A DNA stretch of 63,461 bases, counting the filler, from Choristocarpus tenellus KU-1152 (taxonomy: Eukaryota > Protista > Phaeophyceae): NCBI GenBank assembly GCA_964200185.2. It is 11 parts of 11 records of this genome, joined end to end, with 100 filler letters (N's around TTAATTAATTAA, not from the genome) between each part and the next. Parts side by side here need not be neighbours in the genome. Positions count along the whole stretch, not along the records: positions 51,243 to 57,944 come from CAXNAD020007530.1; positions 58,045 to 60,780 come from CAXNAD020025189.1; positions 60,881 to 63,461 come from CAXNAD020026572.1; 8 more parts are not named here. The stretch is one strand, 5' to 3'. The translations under genes were made by a program, and so were the position numbers. Numbering within the stretch: position 1 is the first letter of the stretch; each line of letters starts with the position of its first letter. Below the pieces are notes generated by a model that had not been told where the DNA came from, ran no database searches, and worked only from the letters and a program-made list of their open reading frames with translations. Below, piece after piece: positions 51,143 through 63,461 of the stretch.

Positions 51143-52844
51143 NNNNNNNNNNNNNNNNNNNNNNNNNNNNNNNNNNNNNNNNNNNNTTAATTAATTAANN
51201 NNNNNNNNNNNNNNNNNNNNNNNNNNNNNNNNNNNNNNNNNNTCTCCTTAATTTTCTATGCTCCTGATCTACTCGAATTTTATCCTGATCTTTTCTAGAG
51301 ACTTTACCTTTTTGTGTATATCATTCCAATCTTCGCATCCAGATAATACACCACATAAGGATACGAATATAATGGCGCTTAAATTATGCTTTACTTTACC
51401 GATCATTCTTGGGTCAGAAATCTATTCTATTCTTTTCAATATCTCCATCTTTCTTATCAAACTAAAAAGATGAATTATAACCTGAATATTCGATTAACTG
51501 ATGATGTAAAATTTTATACAATTGCCCTGACTTAGTAAGAGCCTCTTCTAAAATACTCGTCACAAGGCTAGATATCCAGCACTCCAAACAAAGCAATAGA
51601 CAACAGTATCTTCCCGTATTCGTGAAAAGGTTCAACAGGTGAGAGGTGTTCTGTTGTCGTCATCCCTCCTTGAAGCACTTCCAGTTCTGATGTATATTCT
51701 TACATCCTCTGCTTACCTCCCATTCAAATATCAACATGCTTGCTGAGTGACAATCAATGTTCTCCTGAAGACTGATGATAGGATCGAAGTACAGGAATCA
51801 CACTCAGTTGGGCTCGATCCTTGACATCTTGCACTTCTCGTCCAAGCCTTCTTTACACTAACTGGACTTGGAATTGGCCCCAGACCTTTGAATGCTATCC
51901 TGGCCACACACTCCGAAAAAATGGCTATCAATACAATTGTTGTAATTAGGGGATCTTGCAGGAGCAAGCGGCCCATCTCAACCATTAATGGCTCACATTG
52001 TACCTCACACACTTCTACCCTTCCAGGTATTCCTCGCTTTCTTTCCATTTCTACCAAGGTTTCAGCAAGATCCTCTTCTGTCGTGTTCTACCTGAATGCT
52101 TGTTGCAGTCCATAGAGAGAGAAAAAGAGGAGGTTTATGATAACCTCAAATGCAGTATCGATGCTGGACACGATCATGACGAACATGGCCACAGCGAAAG
52201 AGTGGCACATCCTCATCAGCAAGCACCTCAATAATAGAGTTTAGCCTTCTTGAAAACTATGTGCCTTTTCGACTTTGTACCTGAGTCCACACTTCTATGC
52301 CAAGGATGTATATATCTTCTGCCGGTTAAGGTTTTTTTGTGGTAAATGAGATCCTCTGGGTAGAGGGAACATTCATAGTTTTCACTGCTTGAAGCTGATT
52401 AATGGAACTTGGGTGGTTGATTGTGTCCTTGACGTCTTACTTGGCCCCTCCTCGACCTACTCTAGAGAAGAAGGTAGAAGTGACGAAATAATCGATCCAA
52501 AGGTTTTCGGTTTCAATTGGACTGCTGTAAGTGGAATGGAGTCGACTCAATATCCACGATTCACAACACTGGTAATTAAGCTGGATCACTGTCGTAATAC
52601 ATGGTATACAAAGGCTCCCCTAACATGACACTTTATAGAAACAAAGACCAAACAAGAAAGGAAATATAATACATGCAAGGGCCAAACCTTTATACCATCA
52701 TCCACTACACAAAGAAGTAAACGCCTTCCAATGCACCTGTTCGGTCAACAACATAATTTCCTCCAGTTCTGTGCAACAAAACAAACTCTCAACTCCTTTC
52801 AGCTTGCACCAGCACAGCGAGTGCTCAATATCGTAGCGAGTACC

Positions 52845-55800
52845 TCACGTAGCCTCCAGCCCATACTTACACAGCAACATCTCCGGCAGCAAGCTACTCA
52901 TTGTGTTGTTCATCCATGCTATTGTCTCTGTTGTGATATTGTAGTCGTTGAAATTTTGCTCTGTGCTGGCTCGAACCTATGTTGGAACATGGAGAGACGG
53001 TGGAGGATGTACTGTTTCTGGTGACAATCATTCGTCATTTCCTTCATAGACCTTGGTCACATATCACCTCGATGTCCGCCAAAGAAATACGACAGAAAGT
53101 TAGAGAGTAGAATCGTTCCTGTACCACAGGCCAAACTTGCGATAAACCTATAGATGTAACAGATTGGAGTGGGTACTTTGGAATGAATGTTTGAAGAAAA
53201 ATCATGGACACTACAATGCTTGTGCATTTCAAGCATCGATACTTGGCATTTGAGCTGCACATTTGACTGCTACTATCCCACAACCTTGGGATTGCAATCG
53301 GGTTCTTGTCTGATACCACCCTTGCTTTGCATAGTCAGCAATGCTTCTTTCGTCGTTGCCTCCGCAATGGTGCGAATCTCTTCACTGGTGACATTCAACG
53401 AGAACCAAGAAGCTAAGGCCGAGTACGAAACCTTGGATACCTGCAGCAAAGCCAGCAAGCAACATCATCAGGAAAACATCATAGCAACAAGACCTCGATT
53501 TGCAATAGTCACTCGCACCAAACATTCCAATGCTCAAGAGGAGAAGGCCAATGATCAACACATACTCATGGCAACACCTGAGACACAGATGACCAAGAAA
53601 AATAGCTGGTGGTCTTTTCCATCTCTGGCATAGGCAGGTAAGACCGGAACAATTGATGCTGTGACATCCTCAAAAAATCTTGTCCTTGGTCTGTAGATAT
53701 TTATTCCTACATTTTTTACCAGCTACACAGACATATCAAGTAAATTCTTATTTGCAGAGAGAGGAGCAGAACGTTTCTTACTCTATTCTAAAATAATTAT
53801 CCAATCCTTACATTCGCATGACACCCAACCAGTGTGTCCCGTTGGCAAACTCTGTCCCAAGTGGGGTGAGTACAGAGTATACACTCTTTCGTGGAATTGG
53901 AACGTACGATGAGACAGAAATTTACCGTTCGGTCGAACTTCTTACCGCTGAAAACAATGCACATACCTGGAGATCTTCGTAGTAGAGCACCAGTGAAGTA
54001 TCCCTGAGGACAGTTGTGTGCCACACCCACCGCTGACGTATCCAGGAGGCGAGAGACTGATGAAGAGAGAAGAGAGAATATTGTAAATTCGTCGAGAGTT
54101 GATACACTGATATCAACTGGAGGGGGAGAGTAGCGATTAATTCTACCTGGGTATTGTCTACTCCAACCACGAATATGATATGATATTCCCCTCAAGGTCG
54201 CACGTCAATGCCAGGTAGGATTGGTTTTGAGTACTCAATGATCGACCTTGCTTGACTTGTGGATCAAGACAATACTAAGGGCAGTTATTTGCATTCACCT
54301 TCCGAAGACACTTAAGGGTAAACATCCACGTGTGTCCAATAATGCATGCGGATTGAAAATTTTGGTGGGAACTTGTCCGCCATAAAATTTATCAAAATAG
54401 ATGGCCAATACTCAGGAACAGGGATGGTTGAATCGTATTGGGTGTATGTAATGAGTTTGCTCTACCACAACATTGAATGGACGGTATGGTGAGTACTCTC
54501 TCCACTGTTGTGTCATCAAGACTACTCTCTCATGGAACGAGGGCTTACCTCAAACCTTGTCCTGATGAACTCTTCCATACTAGTGTCTGAGATCCCACGA
54601 TAATAGTACTCTGATATCACCACGTTTCAGGGATCTCTAACAATGACAATCTCACTGGGAATAGAGTTAGATGAGGAGGTAGGAGGGTTGGTGCGGAAGT
54701 GAGTTGAAAATCTATTATTTTTCCAGATCCCATAGCAGCAGCGATAGGCAAATGTGGAGACCCCTTTCCACCATAGAGGGACCGATTAACAAGTGCATGA
54801 TGTTTCTATCTCTCCTCAAATCAAATGCTTTAGGCTACTGCAGAGTACGCAAGTTCAGTTCTGAAGGAGAGGCCCTCAGACCCTACATTTGTCTGAACAC
54901 GAACACAGACGACTCACTTTTGCTAGCCACAATGTGAAATTTTTGAATTGCTTACGCTAGAACCTAAGATCGCAAAACACTGTAGGACATGGCATTTCAC
55001 CCATTCTTGGTGGGGTTTTTTGAGTCAGGGAGAGTACAGGGGTTGGTTGAGCTGTGCCAGAGTAGAAAATGGACTGGGTGAGTCCTACTTCAGGATGACA
55101 ATTGTATCAGGTATATATTCACGACCCTATCTCTTTCGTGTCGGGAGCATGCACTTACAAGACATTTCAAAGCACTCCTGATTATATATACACGTCTTGA
55201 TCATTTTTACTCATTATTGTTCTGGATCCCAGTGTCAGATTTTGTCGTAACTAGTGCTCGGTGTTCCAGCAGGCAATCAGGTGGATGATTTAGAAGATCA
55301 CACATTCTTACATCCTTACCGTATATAGGAGTTCCTCATCTTGCAATCAGTTGGGAGAAACCTTTCCAGCTCGGCACGTGTGGGTTTTTCATCATTTAGG
55401 CATGGAATAGAGTTGTCCACACCCAAAGAATGAGGTCTTGGGGCACCACAGGATTTCAACCCAGGTATGATATGCGTTTGACGTTCCTGGATGGCATATA
55501 TGTGGAATGGTGATATAATAGACATACTTCGAATCAATATATTCCAAGTTGAGAGATAGAATTGATATAAAATAACTCTAGTGGAGCATATTGGAGACCC
55601 AAGGCAACAGAACCCACTATTCCTCACGACCTAGGCGCACTGTATTCACATCGAACACAGGATATCAAGTATTCATGTCCTTACACCACCTCCATCTGGA
55701 CATCATTCACCCTGAACACAACGAACCTTTGGCCATTTTGCGACATGGAAAAACTGCGCATGTCCCCCTCTAACAGACACCTGCAGGTTGTTGTGGGAAG

Positions 55801-57228
55801 TTCTGTTGGGGAATGTGCCATCGTCTAGAGTTTACACAATTCTTCAGTGCTAGTTTTGACCCATCTTTCGCTCTCCCTCTACAACACATGCTACATCGAA
55901 TTTGGGTGACATATATATTCACAGAACAATTGACCGACAGTTGTATCCCTTGCATACCCGTTTCATTCCAGATCTGATCTATCTTCTACCAGGAAATGCT
56001 CAGGTGGTTCTTCCCTAGACATTCCCAGGCCATTGAAATGCACAGGGGAACCCCCCCTATCATACCTTTTCACTTCTTTGAACGAAGCTTAGGGATATTT
56101 TCAGTGTTATTTTCCACAAACAGGTTAGGATTAGGGTTAGGGTTAGATTTACATTGTCGAAAGTGAGTGTGCGATAGTGAGAAGCGGTGGATCCTTAAGG
56201 TGTCGTCGTTGGTCACTGCACACTACATTACTCCACCACCTCTTAGGGTTGGAATGTTTTCTTTGCTCTTCGTTCAGGATATTTTCCACACACAGTCGGA
56301 GTTAGGGTGAGGGTGAGGTTTTCAATAATGCGTCCGAAAAAGTACAAAAAATTGTTATTGTGGAGGTTCCCAAGGACAGTGGGGGTTGCTGAAGACATGG
56401 GGGTTTCCTGTTCGCTGCACCGTCAGTAGTGACAGAAGAAACTGCTAGTTACTGGCGGTTGCGGAAATGCTAAATGGATCCCATACACGAGGAAATGTGA
56501 CGAAGAGTACTTGTAGGTCTTTCTCGGATAGCTTTGACGATAATATTAAGAAGAAAACTCAAGTCTACGACTGGATTCAGATCTCCTCGTCTCTACTCGA
56601 AATAAATTTATATAGAGTCAAGACCTTCTCGGGATGTTCATTGCACTACGGGAAATGTTGTCATGGTGGTGCGGCTGGAAGTAGTTCACCAGGAGGGAAA
56701 CATTAGGGGGAGACTTGATCCTATTGATGTGAAGTTTGTTATGGATGTTTCAAATAAACACCAGTACGGACATCTAGACGTACTCCGGCTATTCTTCGTT
56801 AGGACCTACTTCTTACACTTAAATGATGTCCGAGGATGTAAGATACAGTGCAATACGAGAGAATCACGCACGAAAAGGGAAGTACCTCTCGAAAACAACA
56901 AAACATAGCTTCAGACCTACAGCATATACACACATATTTATACAGCGCTCTGCCCAAATCTGGTTGAAACCTCTTACATCCTGGTTCTGGACACTAACCA
57001 TCACCTGTAGTTGGAAGGACTTCCAAATAGCTTAAGAGCTGTTATCCATACGATGACATTCATCCACGTCGTACCAGACTTGGCCTCCCCACGAAGTCGA
57101 ATTTCATGTTCATGGTAGGTGTGAAGAGTGGTGGTGCTATTGTCATCATGATCGGACACAGTGACATCCACCGCTCTAATCACGACCAAAAACGTTTGCG
57201 TGACCAGCAACAAGAGCAGCAGCAGCAT
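52845..57228 (-). pseudogene. PAPS-dependent sulfotransferase with a signal peptide/anchor; premature TGA in the 3'-PB motif
   Basis: Exons: 57005-57228 (hydrophobic N-terminus; RGEAKSGTTW = 5'-PSB); 55320-55486; 54549-54654 (IVRDP*NVVISEYYY); 53967-54056 (LVLYYEDL); 53285-53440; 52845-52976 (VRAS...TIAWMNNTMSSLLP...KYGL). The last five are phase-consistent; linking exons between 55487 and 57004 are unresolved. Confidence 0.75.
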
Positions 57229-59122
57229 CTTAGTGTGTGAGACACAGGAGGTCATGGCTGACACAAAATGGACGGACCGGATTGTGGAAATCGAAAGTTA
57301 ATCAAGTTATCAAATCTAGAAGGAGAGGTTTTTTGACCTATATAAACACATGTGATCACTTTGGTTTGACGGAAGTTCCTTGTCTTTATGATATTGAGGA
57401 ATCATTATTGTTACAGGCGAATAGCGTGAGCGTTTCTTCTTGTATTTCAACGAAGTGCAAGCATTTGTTACACGCGAATAACGCGAGCATTTTATCCTCA
57501 TGTTTCAGGATATACGAACATTTATGACAGACGTATAGTGTGAAGATTGTTTCTCGGGTTCGAACAAGTACGAACTATATACGATATTAGTAACACATAG
57601 GTAGCCTTTCTGGATAAATTATTATTTTGAGAAGATGCAGAGTAAGATTCGGAATACCTACGTAACATTACAGAGGTAAATGTCTTAGTCACTAAGAAGT
57701 TGAAGAATAAAGGCTTATTTATGATTGGAGTATACCTACAGATTAGTTGATAGAAGAACAACGACATTGGGTGGATGATGAAAATAATAAGAGAGCTTCT
57801 TAGTGGTAACACACTTTTTACCTCGATTATGCCTTAGTCTATCTTTTGAACGAAACATTGAGTCAAGCTTTGAGCTAAGCACTGAGTGGAGTATCAAGAG
57901 AAGGCTATCTGACACCCCACAACTCGTTGTAAAAGGCAACGCCCNNNNNNNNNNNNNNNNNNNNNNNNNNNNNNNNNNNNNNNNNNNNTTAATTAATTAA
58001 NNNNNNNNNNNNNNNNNNNNNNNNNNNNNNNNNNNNNNNNNNNNAAAGAGGGTATAAAACGGGAAAGAGGGGTGGGTGAACTTGTGGGGAGTGGGTGTCA
58101 GTGAGGTGGACATGTGTACTTCCAGGGGTCCTCCACTCCCTCAGACGGTATGAGGGGGCTAGATGAGTCGGGATAAATTGCTTGCCACAATAAGGGCACC
58201 ACCACACAGATGTATAATAATCCATTGGCAGGGCTCTCCATTACATGTCACAACTGACAAGACTTTTTTGTGCTTCTTGATGGGTTATAATTTATCACAA
58301 AAAGCTGTCGCTCTTATTTCACTCAAATGCTTCACACCATATCATCTTGTTTGCGATATTATGGTTAGTATTACTTCTATCCTTACTATTTGTTCAACAT
58401 AATGCCTGTAGAAAAATATCCCCATGTCTCAAGCAAAGATGCCGATGATGCTAGCACAGTGGGATGTCGTAAAAAGTGCACAGTTAAATCCTATTTCTCA
58501 CCCACAGTGAACCGCAACATTCCACTTCAATGCTTTCTAAGAATTCAACAATATTTGTACTGCACAACGGTGGCTTCATAGTAAAATGTGAGGTTTGCAA
58601 AAAAATGTGTGACCTGAGATAGCAGCTATGGAAATATCCTGCTCTCCTATTCTTACATAGAACGTATGTCCTCCAGCTTGTATAATAGCCCTGCTGATAT
58701 TCAATATTTGATAACAAATCGTTACTTCTGGAATGTTACCACACTATTACTACTCGTGTTTTTTATTTTGCTTTCCACGTAGAAACAGAGTTTTCTTCAA
58801 ATCATGTACAATTGGAAATCGATTTATACATATTCTTGGGGACTATTGTGTGGAAAAACCCTACCCCCAATATTCACTCCACCAAACATTATTAATGTTT
58901 TCCAGTGAAGCAAGGATTGCTACATTCGTGTAACATGCAATATACTCCGGAGTACCTGGTATTGGACACATTGCACATACACATTTCATTGCATCATCCC
59001 CTAATCATCTCTCTCTCTTTCTTATCTATCATCTCGTCCCCTTCCCCCTAGCCTCCCTCGGGAAAAAGATTAGTCTAACCCCTGTTCTCATGTGTGTGTT
59101 TCCTGTTCCATTCTCTGTGCAG

Positions 59123-60687
59123 GCATGTGGATCTGCAACTCACTTTCCTCATGCCCCACTCTGCTTTTCTGGATGCTGCCCTGATGGAATGACGTGAGAC
59201 TAAGGAAAAATTAATCATGGATGTTTAGTTATCATGATATGAATAACATAATACCAAGAATATTCAATAGGTTCATGTTGAATAATTCTCAATGAATGTT
59301 CAATGATGAACAACAATTAATGGTGAAAATGATCATTGAGTAATCGACCACAGTATCAATATTGAGATACCACTACAATCTCTAAGAAACTACATATGTT
59401 GGTGACAGAGTGGTATCTTCACATCTTAAGAATCAGAAATCGGGTTTAAAACCAAGCTGAACCGCTTTCTTGACTTCCTTGTGCTTGGAGGATAAGGATA
59501 GGACATTAAGCATCTTTGGTGGGCCTGAATGGCAAATATGAAGATGGATGTGATTACCCACGCAATAAACAAGGACTAGGGGGGTGAGGGCCTACAGACT
59601 AAACTAAGCAGGAGGACCGTGATCTCAGTTTTTGTCAAGAAATTGAGATAAAACTATATTGCTAGTGCGCTAGTCTTGTGCAGAAGCTGTGCCTTGGTGA
59701 TACAATAGTAGTCTTCCAATATCTTGCTTTATGAATAAATGCTTCAAGTAATGAAAAATCAACATAAAAAACATTCTATGCCCACAGACGTTGCCGCGGA
59801 GTGAAAGAAAATGTAAGAGACCAGGGCAAAAGTTTCAACGGAGTTTGCATTGCTTACAAGCAAAACACCTTCATGTGCGACTTTAGTTGCCCAGTACCCT
59901 ACAACAAGACAAAGATGATGCTGCTGTGCTTCTCGTCTAGTACATTTATGCTCCTTTTAAGTACGCCCAGACTTACGCCTAGTTGTATGGTATAGTACCT
60001 CCCTTGAACGACCTATATCAGTCAACCACTACTGGAATGCGTAGAGGAAGTAAGACAGGTTATCTAGTGTCGGGGACAGTAGGTGGTTAAGGAGTAGTTT
60101 GTAGCTCAAATCTTCTTAGCAATGTTTCCCAGACGGTATGACAACTGTTTATGTAGCTCATTAATTCAAAGTCAACATCGGCTTGACATCTGTGCCTCCT
60201 TTGATTAACTGATACTGTTTTACATTGCTCCTATTTACATATTGATCTTATCAATTTGCCCTACTGACCCTCTCTCCTAGACACATTCTGAAACAGCATT
60301 GTGCTTGTGTCACTTGAACTCAATATGCTGTAAAATCAGAGCCGACTCATCAAGGATATGACTTTTGATAGTGTATCATCGTCTCCTGGTGAAAGTACAA
60401 CACATACCACGAAGTACATATATATATACAGGTGCTCTGATAACGACCTGGAAGCTTGCACTGACTCAGCAGTCGTGGGATATACCACAGACTATGTGCC
60501 AGAGGCCTTGGCTGGAGTTACACTTGAATACGACTCTGACTACATCACTGGGACTGACACTGACAGGGCCGGGGTTGATCAACTTGACTGCTCTGTACTA
60601 ATGGGTGAGAAAATAGCGGGAAAGGAGGCAGTACATGTACACAACCTGGCTGAATATATATCTGAGGGGAAGTGGTGGGTAGTCCAG
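59123..60687 (+). CDS. Two exons of an uncharacterised Cys-rich/acidic protein
   Basis: Exons 59123-59193 and 60432-60687 have good AG/GT sites and matching phase 2: ACGSATHFPHAPLCFSGCCPDGMTCSDNDLEACTDSAVVGYTTDYVPEALAG...EGKWWVVQ. Confidence 0.5.
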
Positions 60688-61031
60688 GTGTGGTGTGAAT
60701 CCTATGTGCGCATTTTGAGAGTTTCTTTCAGGTTGAGTTTTTTTGCCTCCCCTCTGTTCTCCATCAATTTGCATGTCCATNNNNNNNNNNNNNNNNNNNN
60801 NNNNNNNNNNNNNNNNNNNNNNNNTTAATTAATTAANNNNNNNNNNNNNNNNNNNNNNNNNNNNNNNNNNNNNNNNNNNNCCCCTCCCTCCCCAGCATAC
60901 CAGTCAGTCGTGAGCAAGCAACGGGGTGGGTGGGCGGGAAAGCTTGCTCGGAGGTCATCTTGATCTAGCCCTCCTCGTCCTACCACACCAGCCCCAGGTT
61001 TACTTTCCAATTCAATACTGGCCATTCCTTC

Positions 61032-61290
61032 GAGCCAAAGTATCTTAGAGGGTAGAGCCGCGTCCATTTGGGGGCTAAAATCCAATGTTGCGATTTTGAT
61101 GTCATTTTGGCTATCTTGTTTGTTAGGAAGTGTCAATATCCTTGTTCCGGACACACCATTTTATGGTTTTATACATTTTACTTACTCCGAAATATTTTGG
61201 AGTAGGAAAATGTCGTAAAAACCCTGTGGGAAGCCAAGCCTCAAATGGACAAACAGGGCAAAACTTGTGCCCTCTAAGACACTTTCACTC
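61032..61290. mobile_element. MITE subfamily A copy
   Basis: gagccaaagtatcttagagggt ... gccctctaagacactttcactc, flanked by a CTTC/CTTC direct repeat. A right-end fragment is also present at 24996-25070. Confidence 0.85.
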
Positions 61291-61947
61291 CTTCTTCTCT
61301 TCTGCCTCCGCCTACAACCTATTTCTTTACCTTCTCTCCTCTCTCTCTCAACCATTCAGTATTTAACTCTTCATTCACACCCTCTTGCTACATTTTACTT
61401 CTTTCCTGTCCCCACCCTTCCCCTTCTTACCCCCAACCAACCAGAGTTCTTCCGCCCACAAAACTCAGATTACTCCATAAACTTTCCCTTTTGGGGCAAA
61501 AGAATTATGGTTAGAGGAGGACACAGGGGGAGGGAGAGGACTGGGAGAAAAATATAAATTAGCAAGAGGGTTAACGAAGACTTAAATACCGAGTGGCTAG
61601 GAGAGGGAGGAGAGACGTTAAAGAAAGGAGTGGGAGATGGAGACACAATGGAAGAAGGAATGGGCAGTATTGAAAAGAATACCTAGGGTTGGTGGTACAG
61701 GACGAGGAGGGCTAGAACAAGACAACCTCCGAGCAAGCTTCCGCCGGAACAGATCAAGACAGAACCCGAGCAATCTTTCCTATAGGTGAAAGAGAGGAAG
61801 GCCCTGTGGAAAAGGCGGGGGTGCTTGAGAACCAGATGTATAATGGTAGGCAAGAGCCCACAAGGCAAGGGGGATGATGACTGTGACGATGAAAAATATT
61901 GTAGATTGGTGCAGGGTAGGAATGGGACAAGGGTGGTGAATTTGGTA

Positions 61948-62440
61948 TAGATTCAGACACAATCCAAGGGGTATCCGGGGGGAAAATCCATACAAAAGAA
62001 TAACGAAGGACTGACTGCAATGTTATCGTGGAGTGAAATAGGATGACACGTAAGTGACAAATCAGGCCAATCCCGACAGTTGGTAGATGTATGGTAGGAA
62101 TTAGACGTGGGCAGTGAAGTCGGTAGATTCAGGCACAATACAAGGGGTATCCTGGGAAACCCATAGAAGAAGAAATAGCGAAGGATTGACCACGATGTTA
62201 TGGTGGATTGAAATAGGATGGACGTGTAAGGGATTAATCGGGCCAATTCCGACGGTTGGTAGATGTATGGTATGAATTAGACATGGGTAGTGAAGTGGGT
62301 AGATTCGGACACAGTGCGAGGGGGATCCAGGGAAATCCATAGAAAAAAAAAACGAAGGACTGACCACAAGGTTATGATATAATAAAACAGGATAGACACA
62401 TCAAAGCAATGAATTGGACCAATTCCAACAGTAGTGGTCC
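61948..62440. repeat. 176-bp tandem repeat, ~2.8 copies
   Basis: The unit start TAGATTC.GRCACA recurs at 61948, 62124 and 62300, with similarity across the whole unit. Confidence 0.85.
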
Positions 62441-63461
62441 TGGCAGAGGGGGGAATGCATGTTAATATTGTAGGCTATAGATACTAATACTTTATAGGTG
62501 GGTACACACAGTAGGACGGAAAAGGGTTGAGGGCCATGCCGGAGTTACAATCTAAGGGGTAGACGGGCACGAGTAATAGAGTTGAAGGTTTTTGTCACAA
62601 ATATGTTTTTATTCCATGGAGTCCATGGAAAATAAGAGATGATGGGTCAGGGTAGGAGTAGTGTGCCTGAGACAATCTTGTAGAGTGACTGTAGGTTAGA
62701 TATCGCTGGGAACGTAGAGCTGGGTCAGATATTAGGTCTATATCGATCGGTAATAGAGAGCACGGGTTGTTTTCTGCTGCCTATATAGTTCACCCAAATA
62801 CATAAGTTAAGAAAAATCGAACAGCGAGGGCTTATTGCAGGATGATGTAGAGGGGACCAATCGGCCAAAGGATCATGCATGGAAGACACGAGGCTAGTAA
62901 TAGGACATTATTAGGCATAGGCATCTTGTTTATCAATGGTTACGTCAATATAAGTAGTCATAGAATTTATGTAGCGTAGCTACAAGTTGGGACATACCGT
63001 GATATAAAAACAAAAAAATAAGAAAACCTGCATAGATATTTCAGAGTAATGAATGAGGATAGTTGGTAGGTAAGAAGTTTAGGTGGAGTGAACGCCACGA
63101 AATTAAGAATTGGGGATTAGCCGTAGCCCCTGCACCACCGTGCGTACAAATGTGGGATAACCCTGTGAGTAGAGGGTTACTGTTTACCACGGTAGTCTAC
63201 ATTCTAGGGCTCTAGATTGCTTGATGGCAGAGAAAGTCAGGATCGAGGAAAGATATGTTACGCTTTAAGGAAGATCCGTTAGCATCCTTTCTAAAGACAT
63301 TATCAAGTCACCACAGTGAAGGAAAGTGATATTTAAAAAAAGGTGTGCCCAATAGTGGGATAATCAGTTCAAGTCAATAAAAGGGGCAGGGAGGGAAGAT
63401 ATTCAGGCACAATAGGGGGGGGGGTTAGATACTATGGTATGGCATGAACGTCTCCAATAGT

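Noticed and set aside
51600-52330. Minus-strand exon-like segments (e.g. NTTEEDLAETLVEMERKRGIPG)
   Set aside because: Several in-frame stops and no confident family; possibly a pseudogene fragment.
56123-56146. (TTAGGG)n tracts as a chromosome end
   Set aside because: Only 3-4 units, internal and intronic.

Overview
Eukaryotic, intron-rich, repeat-rich DNA. The gene content, the TTAGGG-type repeats and the TE types suggest a stramenopile, most likely a brown alga (inference). The window is 11 contigs joined by ten artificial 100-bp spacers (N44-TTAATTAATTAA-N44), so adjacency across gaps is not guaranteed. Host genes reconstructed by hand from splice sites: (1) a six-exon, 963-aa minus-strand receptor-like kinase at 8892-18114, with signal peptide, seven FG-GAP repeats, one TM helix, an MLKL-like four-helix bundle plus brace, and a non-RD TKL kinase with intact catalytic motifs. 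This is the most notable item. (2) The 5' part of a TLC/NTT ATP/ADP transporter. (3) Seven internal exons of condensin SMC2. (4) A WDR31-like WD40 gene. (5) A sulfotransferase with a premature stop in its 3'-PB motif. (6) Two exons of an unknown Cys-rich protein. Mobile DNA: gag relics of LTR elements, a DIRS/Ngaro-like tyrosine-recombinase retroelement, a CRE-like RLE non-LTR element, an RTE-like relic, IS630/Tc1/mariner elements and a multi-copy MITE family. All calls come from motif reading only; no searches were run.
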